This document shows positions 1 through 10,393 of a stretch of 64,000 bases of DNA, piece after piece (the first letter of the stretch is position 1; every line of letters starts with the position of its first letter). Below the pieces are notes generated by a model, which was not told where the DNA came from, made no database searches, and saw nothing but the letters and a program-made list of their open reading frames with translations. Location of the stretch: positions 17,796 to 81,795 of the forward strand of contig JAJRZD010000012.1 of NCBI GenBank assembly GCA_024275415.1. Reading direction: 5' to 3'. The DNA comes from an archaeon (GTDB taxonomy: Archaea > Asgardarchaeota > Thorarchaeia > Thorarchaeales > Thorarchaeaceae). The position numbers and the translations under genes were made by a program.

Positions 1-3000
1 GCCAGATGTAGGTTGCAGCAACACCCCCATCAGTTGCAGAAAGTATTGAAGTAGGAACCTTTTCCCAGAAGATGACCGTGCATGTGAACGGATTACCTAC
101 GTATGCCAGGTCGCTATCAAATGCAGGGTCATGAACCACAAGTGTTAGGTTACCGCTCATAGCAGCAGACAAGCTTCCACTATTTGTAGCATAGGACATC
201 ATATTCGAGTTCGAGGGATCGTAGGCACTTGCAAGCCGCACTAGCTCGTTACCTTCGGCAGTTGTGGAGTTCCAAAGATTCGGCATTCCATCATTCGGGC
301 TCCCATCGGTCCAGTCATAAAGGAATGACCATGGAGCACCATACGTGCTGATGTTAGCGTTATCAAAAGAAATCCCAATGGTGACATAGCTATACGTAGA
401 AACCAGCGAGTCATAAGTGGTTGTTCCAATCTGATCTCTAATGTTGTACCAGCCATACATCTGAGCTCCGGGCACGACAGTATCAGTGTATGTAAAAGTC
501 GTGGCAGAGAAAGAGATTGATTCTGCTTTCCTCCAATAATATGCAGATGTCGTCCAACCGGTAGTATCGGTGATCAATGTGCCTGACGCAGTTCCATAGA
601 TGTTCTGTGAGATGGTTGTCACTGAGCCGGGTACTACCTGTCCGAAGTATAAGGAGCCTTCAGCAAACCCTCTTGGAAGATTGCCTGTAGGAAACGGCGT
701 GGGCAGTAACGAGCGGGCGGATCCAATATCTGAAGCCCAAGCACCCTCAGATATGCTCATCAGGTTATCAAAAGAGTCTGTCGATTCTGCAATCAGTCCA
801 ACGTCATTCTCAACAAAATCGCACGCAGCCTGAGCATCGATTCTTCCGAATCCTTCAGTGGCAGGATCATAGCCCAGTCGTTTGGCCGTGTTTTGTATTA
901 TTGTCTTCACACGGTCAGGAGTCCAAGATACGCCTCGCGTGTTCAGGGATTCAATGACTAGTGCAGCTACTCCAGCTGCTACAGGAGCCGATTGGCTCGT
1001 TCCGCTAAACAGTGAAACATTGAGTTGTGAGCCATAATCCATCTTTGAACCGACCCAATATTGATGCAGGTATGGAGCATAGACAGGTCTGGGTGCGTAA
1101 GCTGCTAGCCCCGGTGCAACAACATCAGGTTTGGAATAGCCCAAGAACGAAGGCCCTTTGCTTGAGAAGGGTGCAATCCCTTCAACATCTTGCCCTGGTC
1201 CATAAAGATACTCGAGATATTGGTAGCTTGTGGACGCTCCCACTGTCAGAACTCCAGCAGCAGACCCAGGTGGCCCAATAGTCATAAAGCCCGAACCCTC
1301 ATTCCCTGCCGAGAACACTTGGAGTACACCCGGATAGGATGGGTCGAGGTATCCAGGGGTAGATAGTATTGTCCAGACCAGCGATAGATAATCCAATTCG
1401 CTGCTAGGAGCAACAACCCATCCCCAAGAGTTGGTTACAAGATCCGCTTGATGGTTGCCAGTGTAATAGAAGTCACCACTCTGTTCATTGTAATCAAATC
1501 CACAAGCCCAAAGGTATGCCCCCATCTCTGTACCTGACGACAGCGAACGTATAGACAGTATTTTGGATCTATTCGCAACTCCGGACATATAGAAGTAGGA
1601 ATCATTGTTTGGATCGTAATATTGGTAATTACCACGACTGGCAACATGAGCTGCCGTAGCGGTTCCATGTGTGTCGGCGTCAAAATACAGACTGACAGCC
1701 GCGCCATCCGAACGGAACCCGTTGAAGACAGTTTCATCAGCAAACCAACCATAAACGTCATAGAGCCAACTGATAGCCCCCAGACTATAATCATTGATTC
1801 CGTCGCCGTTCAAGTCAGCAGCCACAATGGGGTTTGTGTAATTGTAGGTGGCAACGCTGATGTCATCAGTGAAGTCCCAGTCGGATAAGTCGAGAATGGG
1901 CTGATAGTCAGCTGGATCTGTAAGGTTGACACTTTCATAGTAGAAGCCTCCATTCCAGAACCAAGACCAAGCTTCAGCTCCTTCCCAGTCGATTGCAAGA
2001 TTCCATTCGTTTGTTGTCGATGAGTTGTATACCAATGCAGGAGCGAATGCCTTCATGTAAGGACTATTTCTTTGTTGGAAGATGAAGCCAACCCGATAGT
2101 CACCTATCAGTTCAGAAGTGTCTGGCAGTTTGATGTCCTGCCATATATCATCTGCCATAGTCCCTACATCAATACCCCAATAATAGGCGTACAACCAGAT
2201 AAAGCCAAGACGATTGACATAGGGGGTCGTTTTATTTCCATCTCCGATTAGATATCTGGAACTGCCTTGGTTATTCAGCAGTGGATCCCACCCTGTGACA
2301 TTAAGATAAACACCGCTGGCATTCTGATAGGTCAAGACATTCCCGTTAGCTACCCATGATGCAGGGTCTGCTACGTAGGATGAATTGGCAAGTACCAGTG
2401 GATTCAAACCCAGTCCCGTCGGGTCATATGTGCCATTGTCATATGCATCCATCAGGTCAGGGACACCAAAGTCACACCCTGTGTCTATATGTCCAACTAC
2501 GACACCTTCACCGGTATAGCCAGACGCTACCGACCCTGTGGAGCCTACAATAGCACGGATCTCGGACATGTCCAATGAATACTCAGGTGATTGTGTCCCA
2601 TCAAAATCCGGCTTTGCAAATTCATCAACTCTGGGTGAGGTCAGCTTGTCAGCCCAAATCGCAGTCACACCGTTCAAATCGATGATTTTCCTTAGCGATT
2701 CTGCTGAGGGTAGTTCCACCTTGACCAACTTGAAGGCTTTGAAGTCCATTTTCCATTTTATATCTGCCAGTCCATCTAGTGTTTCCATGTCCGCCCATGG
2801 TGCAGAGTATATCAGGGCACCTGGGTTTCCATCGACGAGAGAGATTGAACTATCGATTGTCCCATCTGTAAGCCATGTTTCGAATAACGGATCAATATCG
2901 GGTCTGAAATCAGGTTCTGACCATGTGTCCCATAAGATCTTTGTAGTATCTTCGACTTCTTGAAGTGGGGAGTCACTAGACCCGGTGGATGTTGGCTCCG

Positions 3001-4734
3001 AGGCAGTCGGGCTCACGAACGATTCTAACTGTGGCCCTCCATGTCCAGAGAGTCCTCGGAAATAGTAAGGATTGCGTGTGAGCTCGATATATGAGCCTTG
3101 GACATAATCAGAGATATAGTATGGCCCCGATGTCACCATACGTTCTGCCAGAGGATCGGGATCCCATGTATTCCACCCATCAGTCCCGATGTCCTTAAAG
3201 TAATGTTTGGGAATTATGGGCAACTCCGCAAACGACGAGAGATGCCAATATGACTCGGTGTCAAATTCCACTACGAGTTTGTAATCTTGGGGAGCATAGG
3301 CAGCATATACTTCTTGCAGGTCTTCGTAGAATGGATTCCCGGAAGCCTCACGATAGTAGTTATATGAAAAGGCAATATCTTGAGCGGTAAGAGGGACTCC
3401 ATCTATCCATGTGGCATTTCGTACAATATTAAATGTAAACCGTGTATGGTTTACAGGAACCTCTGGGTTGTCAGCATGCGTTTCAGTGATATAGCTCTCA
3501 CAAAGCCAGTTCATTAGATTACCATCAGGATCTCTACGCAGGAGTGGATCATAAAGCTCATTGAGAACATTCCTCGTATATTCACTGGAGGTGGTCATGA
3601 AGTTGAAGGTATCTACATCAAGCGGAGTACTCCAACGGAAGGTTCCCCCATATGGACCACCGGACTGACTTTGCAATCTGACTTTCTGATTAGTCCACCA
3701 TGAAGGAATGCCTTTCACTGCGTCGTTGACATGTCCTTCAAATGCATCATTACGATAAGCAGAAACAATCTGGTTCTCATAACAAATGACCATCGGACTC
3801 TCATATACCCAGATTCTTTGCATTTCAATTGCAGCCTCATAGACCTTATCGTAGTCAGTTGAGTGGAGCAGCTGGTCGCGCCATGCGTCATAGGAGGCAT
3901 TCCTAAAGTTCGGGAAGTTGTAATATGGCTCATCAGCATATTCTGACCAGTACTCGTATGCCAGCCAGTCTACATCAAAATCAGGAAAGGTCATGCCCAA
4001 GAAGGCCATATCATAGTCATCATGGAAATAAAGTCGATTCACGTAGTCGTAGAAATCGGTAAGTATGGATGTCGCATTGACTGATATTGCAACTAGGGAG
4101 TCTGCTGCTTTCTGACCAATATTTATTGCAACACTCGATGATGATGCAACCTCAATTCGAACGTTAAAGTCTGAACCGTCGGGAGCTTCCCTGATGCCAT
4201 CAGAATCGATATCTAGGAACCCAGCTGCATCAAGTAGCTGATTCGCCTTTGCTAAATCAGCCGTGTAATAGTTATATGATAGTTGCCCTTCAATCGAAAA
4301 CGGATTGACTTGGGCAACTACACTGTCCTGCGGTACAGCCAGTCCATTCCATACATCAGTAGTGATTGCTTGTTTGTCCAGAGCAAAGGCAAATGCTCGT
4401 CTGAAAGAAGTTATATTGAATGGATATTTGGCCGTATTGATAGTGAGATAGCCATAACCATTTCGAAGATACGTTGATGTATCTATATCTGTAGCTGCAG
4501 ACAGTGTATCTAGAAACACCGGGTCTACACTATCACCAATCAGATCAATCTCGTTGTCCAGAAGTGCAAGTACCTGCTGGTCATCTTGTGCAATCACTTT
4601 GAACAAGAGCGTGTCAACATACGGACCTGCACCATCATAGTATCCTGCGGCGCTGACACCGGGTAAGGTGCCCATGCCAGAACTCAGTATCATTACCAGT
4701 ACAAAACATATTGATACAATTACTTTACGTACCA
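1..4734 (-). CDS. Secreted multidomain protein: family-5 ABC solute-binding (DppA/OppA-like) domain fused to subtilisin-like S8 serine peptidase; C-terminal part runs off window start (partial)
   Basis: The reverse-strand frame is uninterrupted from a TTG start at ~4734 to the window edge, with an in-frame TGA just upstream of the start. The N-terminus MVRKVIVSICFVLVMILSSGMGTLPGVSA looks like a signal peptide. The SBP5-like block YLTINTAKYPFNITSFRRAFAFALDKQAI matches DppA YLSYNVQKKPLDDVKVRQALTYAVNKDAI. S8 triad motifs are present: HIDTGCDF (Asp), HGTATAAHVAS (His) and SGTSQSAPVAAGVAAL (Ser). The frame is absent from the ORF track, presumably because it is edge-truncated. Confidence 0.7.
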
Positions 4735-5001
4735 AACCGAACCCCTCGTCTATTTGAGTTTTTCATATTTAGACTATGTGCAGAAAGTCAACCAGTAATT
4801 TCTATTTGGACTTAGTACGAGCGATTGCACATTAGAACGCAAACACCTCAACCCTTTACCACCATCGATTTTATGATATTCGATTGGACTTTCCACACGA
4901 GCCCTCATGCTTGAATGTAGATAAACCCTTCGCCTTTTTTGCTATGCACATTTTCTATTTCTATCGATATACATAACTATGATGAATGGGATTATCCAGC
5001 T

Positions 5002-6438
5002 ATGCAGAAATATGACTTACTGGTCTTGGGATCTGGTGCAGGAGCGAGTATTGCAGCCAATGCGTATCAGCAGGGCCTTTCTGTCGCGATTGTTGATAAC
5101 GGACGGTTTGGTGGCACCTGTCTAAACAGAGGGTGCATCCCCACGAAAATCCTCACATACGTCGCTGATGTGATAATGGAGATCGAGCATGCTGAAAGAG
5201 TGAATCTTCGTGCTAGCGTACAAGAGGTGGATTTTAGAGCGCTGATGGAGCGGATGAGGAAAGAAACATGGGGTGAAGCTGCTGAGATGGAACATTCCAT
5301 CGCGCAGGTCGAGAACTATGATTTTTACAAAGGGACTGGCGAATTCATCAGTGATTACACGATGGAAGTGAATGGTGAGGAGTTGAGGGCGGATCATGTG
5401 GTCATCGCCGCTGGGGCTAGGCCATTCATCCCGGACATCCATGGAATAAATGAGGTACACTACCTGACAAACAAGACGGTTCTCGAACTTGACGAAAGGC
5501 CAGAGTCTATGATAATTGTTGGCGGAGGATACATGGCAACTGAGCTTGCACACTTCTTTTCGGCAGTAGGTACGGATGTGACGATTCTAGGGAGGAACCC
5601 CTATCTTGTCAAGAACGAGGACACTGATGTTTCTGAACTCCTGAAAGAAGAGCTGTCAAAAAGGATGACTGTCCTGACGAACCATGAGGTCGTTTCTGCT
5701 AGCCAAGATAGCGAGACAAAGAAGGTTGTAGCAAAGGATAGAGATACTGGAAAGGAACGGAAATTCGAGGCTGAAGTGCTTCTGGTGGCAGCAGGACGAA
5801 TATCCAATGCAGACCTCTTCAAACCAAAAAAGACAGGAGTGAAGGTTGACAAGCGCGGGTGGGTGATTGTGGACGAGTATTTCAGGACGACAAAGAAGAA
5901 CATCTGGGCGTTTGGTGATGCAATTGGAAGATACCAATTCAGACATGTCGCCAATGAGGAGTCCTCAATTGCATGGTACAATTTTGTAAGCAGCCTCAAC
6001 GCCCAACATCAGGGTGAGAAACCCGAACTCCGTTCAATGTCATATCATGCCATTCCAAGAGCAGTGTTCTCCTATCCTACAATTGCTACTGTGGGAATGA
6101 CACTGGCCGAGGCCAAGGGGTCAAAGAGAGAGCTGCTTGTGGGGCAAATAGGATACGATGGCGCAGCAAAGGGAGCAGCAATGGGATATCCACCGGGTTT
6201 CCTGAGAGTCATTATTGATGCTAATGAAGGAACCATTCTTGGAGCGACCATCATTGGACCTCACGCGCCCATCCTGATCCAGGAGATTGTCAACCTGATG
6301 TACACACAGGATAGGACATACTTTCCCATGTTCGAGGCGATCCACATCCATCCAGCACTTTCAGAACTTGTGCAACGAGCTTTTGGTAGGATGGCCCCAC
6401 TAAACGGGGGTCACACACAGTCACTAGACCAAAGATGA
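5002..6438 (+). CDS. Class I pyridine nucleotide-disulfide oxidoreductase (dihydrolipoyl dehydrogenase / Lpd-like flavoprotein)
   Basis: FAD fold YDLLVLGSGAGAS is present. The redox-active disulfide motif GGTCLNRGCIPTK is present. The C-terminal dimerisation-domain motif HIHPALSE is present. The likely start is ATG 5002 (MQKYDLLVLGSG); the ORF track's 4939 start adds an unlikely 21-aa extension. Confidence 0.75.
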   Translation: MQKYDLLVLGSGAGASIAANAYQQGLSVAIVDNGRFGGTCLNRGCIPTKILTYVADVIMEIEHAERVNLRASVQEVDFRALMERMRKETWGEAAEMEHSIAQVENYDFYKGTGEFISDYTMEVNGEELRADHVVIAAGARPFIPDIHGINEVHYLTNKTVLELDERPESMIIVGGGYMATELAHFFSAVGTDVTILGRNPYLVKNEDTDVSELLKEELSKRMTVLTNHEVVSASQDSETKKVVAKDRDTGKERKFEAEVLLVAAGRISNADLFKPKKTGVKVDKRGWVIVDEYFRTTKKNIWAFGDAIGRYQFRHVANEESSIAWYNFVSSLNAQHQGEKPELRSMSYHAIPRAVFSYPTIATVGMTLAEAKGSKRELLVGQIGYDGAAKGAAMGYPPGFLRVIIDANEGTILGATIIGPHAPILIQEIVNLMYTQDRTYFPMFEAIHIHPALSELVQRAFGRMAPLNGGHTQSLDQR

Positions 6439-6478
6439 AACGACAATCTGAAACATACGCTGGTAATGGATCCTAACG

Positions 6479-6835
6479 TTACCACACCATAGGGACATAA
6501 CCTTCCTTCAACAGGTCGGCGATTCGGGTTCCTACGTAATCAACCGTGACCCCAAGTTCTTCAATCTGGGGAGAAATTTCATCCCTATCGGCGATGAACT
6601 TGCAGGCTATGGGCTCAACAACGTCAGCAAGGATTTGTGCCTCGTGACTAACGGCTTCATCCGAAACAAGCAGATTTTCTGCAGGTCCAAAAAACATCAC
6701 TTTGACATCCTCAAGCCAGCCGAATTTCACCGTGTTGCGCGCATACATTAATGCTGTAAGAACCTTCTCTCTGTCACTCGATGCAATGATGACCAGTAGT
6801 TTCTGATTTCCAACCATGGTAAGTCTGGCATCCAA
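6479..6835 (-). CDS. DsrE/DsrF-like (YchN-like) small sulfur-relay family protein
   Basis: The size is about 110 aa. The pattern KLLVIIASSDREKVLTALMYARNTVKFGW-EDVKVMFFGPAE is typical of the DsrE/DsrF fold. Confidence 0.45.
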   Translation of the reverse strand: MDARLTMVGNQKLLVIIASSDREKVLTALMYARNTVKFGWLEDVKVMFFGPAENLLVSDEAVSHEAQILADVVEPIACKFIADRDEISPQIEELGVTVDYVGTRIADLLKEGYVPMVW

Positions 6836-7078
6836 ACACAGGCGAAAAGATAAAGCCTTGGAAGCGGGTCAGCAGCCAAATAAGGAAATCGGGGTCTTTA
6901 CGGGTAATGAGGGCGTTGCAAATAGAACTCGACATGCATATTAGGAAATCCAGCGGACTCGACAATCATCCATGTGTACTGAAGTATAGCATCTGGTTTC
7001 AAGACGAATGCACAGCCTGTTTGATTTCATTTTCAACATGTTTTTGTTGGTTCACGAGGAATACGTCGTAGAAATATA

Positions 7079-7810
7079 ATGGGCGGTCATGGAGAAAACG
7101 ACTCGGATAATAAGGACTCATCACTGGCTAGTGCGATTCCCGCGAATGTCAAAGTGAAGAAAGAACCCTCAAAGCAAAAAACAGAAGGCAAGAAACAGAA
7201 GCGCAAGATCAGTTCGAAGAGGCTATACAGGCTCATATTGGAGTCACCGGAGTACGAGATTTACGGGGTGCCGAGTGGAGTAGGTCATCGGCAGATAATC
7301 TGCGGTATTGTGTCATCCATGTCCCTCGGATTCATCGGGTTGGTACTGCTGGGGCAATTTATCCAGCAAGGGAATGACACTCTCCTCATAGGAGGAGTCC
7401 TTCTTTCAGCGATCCTGCTTGGATTCACTGTAGGCATTCTCCTTCTATCACTTGTGCTTGATAGTCGTTCCTTCGACAAGCTAACCGTGAACGAACTTGG
7501 ACTTGGAAAGGAGTATCGTGGGAGGGGATTAAAGGGCCAGCCAACAAGAGTGTTAGGACATCGTGCTCTTAGGTGGGTGGACATTGACCAGATCGAGATG
7601 ATTAGAAAAGGTGGCAGGGTCGATGCGTTCGTCGTGAAAGGAGGTTCACGCGAGGTGACATTCTATAGGAGACTTCTTTGTCGCGGTTTTCCGATGCGCC
7701 TCTTTAGAGAACACATCCCCGACTTCGAACTTTGGAAAGTCACCTGTGAACCAAAGCGCACCTATCCCTACAGATACCAGCGCCCAACCGAAGGTCAGAA
7801 TTCCAATTGA
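7079..7810 (+). CDS. Hypothetical membrane protein (Lys-rich N-terminus, two TM helices, basic C-terminal domain)
   Basis: The ORF is 243 aa. Hydrophobic helices are ICGIVSSMSLGFIGLVLLGQF and LLIGGVLLSAILLGFTVGILLLSLVL. I recognise no family. Confidence 0.4.
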   Translation: MGGHGENDSDNKDSSLASAIPANVKVKKEPSKQKTEGKKQKRKISSKRLYRLILESPEYEIYGVPSGVGHRQIICGIVSSMSLGFIGLVLLGQFIQQGNDTLLIGGVLLSAILLGFTVGILLLSLVLDSRSFDKLTVNELGLGKEYRGRGLKGQPTRVLGHRALRWVDIDQIEMIRKGGRVDAFVVKGGSREVTFYRRLLCRGFPMRLFREHIPDFELWKVTCEPKRTYPYRYQRPTEGQNSN

Positions 7811-7871
7811 CTCGTACAGCTAAGGTCACAACACTGAATAGCAGGGAGCGGTCTTTTGGCAACGACATATT

Positions 7872-8867
7872 ATGGTGAAATGCTTTGTTACAGGAGGCAA
7901 CGGGTTCGTCGGATCACACATCGTAAGACAGCTAGCTGAAAAAGGTCATGACTTGACCTTGCTCTTGCGGGGAAACTCGAACACTGATCTGATAGAAGGT
8001 GTGGAATTCAGAAGAACCATTGGCGATGTGACGGATCTTGCCAGCCTCGAGAATGCAATCCCCGACGACTGTGAATGGCTGTTCCATAATGCTGCAATAA
8101 TGTCCGAATGGGGGTCGCGGGACCATTTCTACCCGGTGAATGTTGAAGGGACTCGTAACATCCTTGAAATTATGCAGCGAAAAGATATCCCTTATCTGAT
8201 CCACACATCATCAACAGCGGTCTATGGGTTTCCCGACAGCAAAGATCCTGTAACTGAAGAAAGGGAATGGAACCCACCGGGCAACTATCAAAAATCCAAG
8301 ACTGAAGCGGAAGCACTCATTTTGGAATACGAACAGACCTATGGGATAAAAGCCACGCGAGTACGTCCCCCGACTGTGCTAGGACATGGCGACCTGTATA
8401 CTGGACCTCAATTCATCGAGCGAGTGAAGCAGGGGTCAATGGCCGTGTTCGGGAAAGGGGATGCCCTCCAAAGCTATGTACACGGAAGCGATGTTGGTAA
8501 ATGCATCGTTCTGGCAGCAGAGAACCACGATAAATCTATGGGAAACGCATACAATGTAGTATCCTTTATAGCTACTTTCCGAGAGTTCTTGGAGCAGCTC
8601 GCAGAGGAACTCGACGCGCCAAAGAAATTCAGGAGCATTCCCTACGGGGTCGCAGTGGGGATTGGGAAAATCGCCTCTGCGGTGTACAGCGCGTTTCGCA
8701 GGAAGAACCCTCCGGTGCTTACGGACTTCCTCCCAAGAATGTTCGGCTCAGATTATGTGATCAGCAATCAGAAGGCACGGGATGAACTTGGGTTTGTCCC
8801 CGACTGGGATCTTGATTCAACAGTGAAAGACATGGTCGCGTGGGGAGGTTACGTGAAACCACGATGA
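7872..8867 (+). CDS. NAD-dependent epimerase/dehydratase (extended SDR family)
   Basis: The Rossmann motif VTGGNGFVGSHIV is present. The catalytic YxxxK motif (YQKSK) is present. Confidence 0.8.
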   Translation: MVKCFVTGGNGFVGSHIVRQLAEKGHDLTLLLRGNSNTDLIEGVEFRRTIGDVTDLASLENAIPDDCEWLFHNAAIMSEWGSRDHFYPVNVEGTRNILEIMQRKDIPYLIHTSSTAVYGFPDSKDPVTEEREWNPPGNYQKSKTEAEALILEYEQTYGIKATRVRPPTVLGHGDLYTGPQFIERVKQGSMAVFGKGDALQSYVHGSDVGKCIVLAAENHDKSMGNAYNVVSFIATFREFLEQLAEELDAPKKFRSIPYGVAVGIGKIASAVYSAFRRKNPPVLTDFLPRMFGSDYVISNQKARDELGFVPDWDLDSTVKDMVAWGGYVKPR

Positions 8868-8889
8868 CCAAAGAAGAGAAAAGACAGCG

Positions 8890-9765
8890 TTGCAGTATTC
8901 TTTGTGCTGTATCATGGAAATATTGAAACATGACGAGTCTGATGCGGAAAGCCTAATCCAGAAAATCTCTTCAAGAATCCAGAGTATTCTCAATGATGGC
9001 ACTCCGTTCTTCCTGTTTGTTCAGGACGCACGGGTAGAAGGCCTATTGGTCATTAGACATGAACCTACATACCTGCTGGCTGAGGCAGGAGCAGCATATG
9101 GTAGCGTCGTCTGTTTCGTTGAGGATACAGAGTCGCTCCGAAAGGTGCTGGATGCCTCAGTTAAACTGATGGATGATAGGAACCTGTCATATCTAATCCA
9201 TTCAAAACAAAAGTTTACCACAGAGGAACGAACTTCTCTTGAAGAGCATGGACTGAAACTGATGGATCACTCGTATGAGATGTCCGTCGATATACACGAG
9301 TTCCTAGAAATTCCAGAGGGACTCGTCCTGCGACCAATGCGAATAGAAGAACGCGATAGGTTCCTGAGAGTCGAGGAGGAGTTCTTTGAAGGGTCAGGTG
9401 ATAGGCTGTCGTCATTGATGATACATAACATCAGGACACTCTCCCAAGAAACACTAGACATCATTTACAATGAAGATACATCATACTATGTGTTTGAGGG
9501 TGAATTGTTAGTGGGGATTGTCGTCGTTTTTGTCGACAACGGAGGGATAGCATCTATTGCCGTAGAGCCAAACCTGAGGGGGAAAGGGTATGGAAGAAAG
9601 ATCCTCGCCATGGCATTGAATAGGCTAAAGGAACTTGGTTGGGAACGGGCTTGGCTTCGAGTCGACGCAGAGAATGCACCAGCAATCGCGATATATGACG
9701 CTCTAGGATTCGTGAAGACAAACGAAAGGTTTGCCTTCATCCGGTTCGGGCAGCCAGTTCCTTGA
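8890..9765 (+). CDS. GNAT family N-acetyltransferase with N-terminal uncharacterised domain
   Basis: The C-terminal block IASIAVEPNLRGKGYGRKILAMALNRLKELGWERAWLRVDAENAPAIAIYDALGF matches the GNAT acetyl-CoA binding motif (R/Q-x-x-G-x-G/A). Confidence 0.7.
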   Translation: MQYSLCCIMEILKHDESDAESLIQKISSRIQSILNDGTPFFLFVQDARVEGLLVIRHEPTYLLAEAGAAYGSVVCFVEDTESLRKVLDASVKLMDDRNLSYLIHSKQKFTTEERTSLEEHGLKLMDHSYEMSVDIHEFLEIPEGLVLRPMRIEERDRFLRVEEEFFEGSGDRLSSLMIHNIRTLSQETLDIIYNEDTSYYVFEGELLVGIVVVFVDNGGIASIAVEPNLRGKGYGRKILAMALNRLKELGWERAWLRVDAENAPAIAIYDALGFVKTNERFAFIRFGQPVP

Positions 9766-10393
9766 GTACATAATGACCTATTGCTGTGCCGATTGGGCAC
9801 TTTCATAAGTGTCTGTATGATGTTATTTAGTGGCGGTATCAATGAGGCATTAGGTCTAATTCGGAGCTTTGGCAATGAAGAATCGGTGAGCAGCTGAGAT
9901 CCGCCACTATCCAGATACCATTTTGTATGCTTCCCTTGTTGGGATTGGCAGTATCCTGTGTGCTCAAAAAAGTGCATTTACTTACATTTATAAGCAAATA
10001 ATTTAACCATATTTAAGGAAAAAATGGATATGAGAACGGTTGACGTTCTATCCGTCCCTGAAATGGGGCGGCTGTGAATGACTCGAACCAGACAGAAACC
10101 AATCCGACCTTTTTTCCAGCAATCTGTCTGGTGCAGTGGTGAAATAAAATGAAAAAAGACAACAAATTAGTAGATTCCCCAGTTGTAGACAAAGTGTCTG
10201 ACAACTACAACACTAGAGTGAACAGGATAGCTTTTGATCCGCTTCCAGAACACATCCATCTAGTGACAGCAAATATCAAGTAATAATCTGGAGTCGCCAA
10301 ACTGGTAGAAATGGCATGATTAAATCATACGCCATCGCCTACCTACATTTGGCCTGACACCAGTGTCTGGTCAGCCCGACCGGACCAACGAAA

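Noticed and set aside
5067-6351. Multiple 60-140 aa antisense ORFs inside the Lpd-like gene. Similar antisense or out-of-frame ORFs lie inside other long genes (for example 12495..12974, 14430..14795, 18700..19047, 35583..35978, 42729..43184, 48713..49096 and 52049..52522).
   Set aside because: They lie fully within well-supported CDSs on the opposite strand or in another frame. They lack motifs and are typical shadow ORFs.
10040-10110. tRNA-like T-loop-like sequence (rev-comp GGTTCGAGTC) in the 630-bp convergent intergenic region 9766-10393
   Set aside because: No flanking 5-bp T-stem pairing, no acceptor or anticodon stem could be built by eye. I could support no tRNA anywhere in the window.
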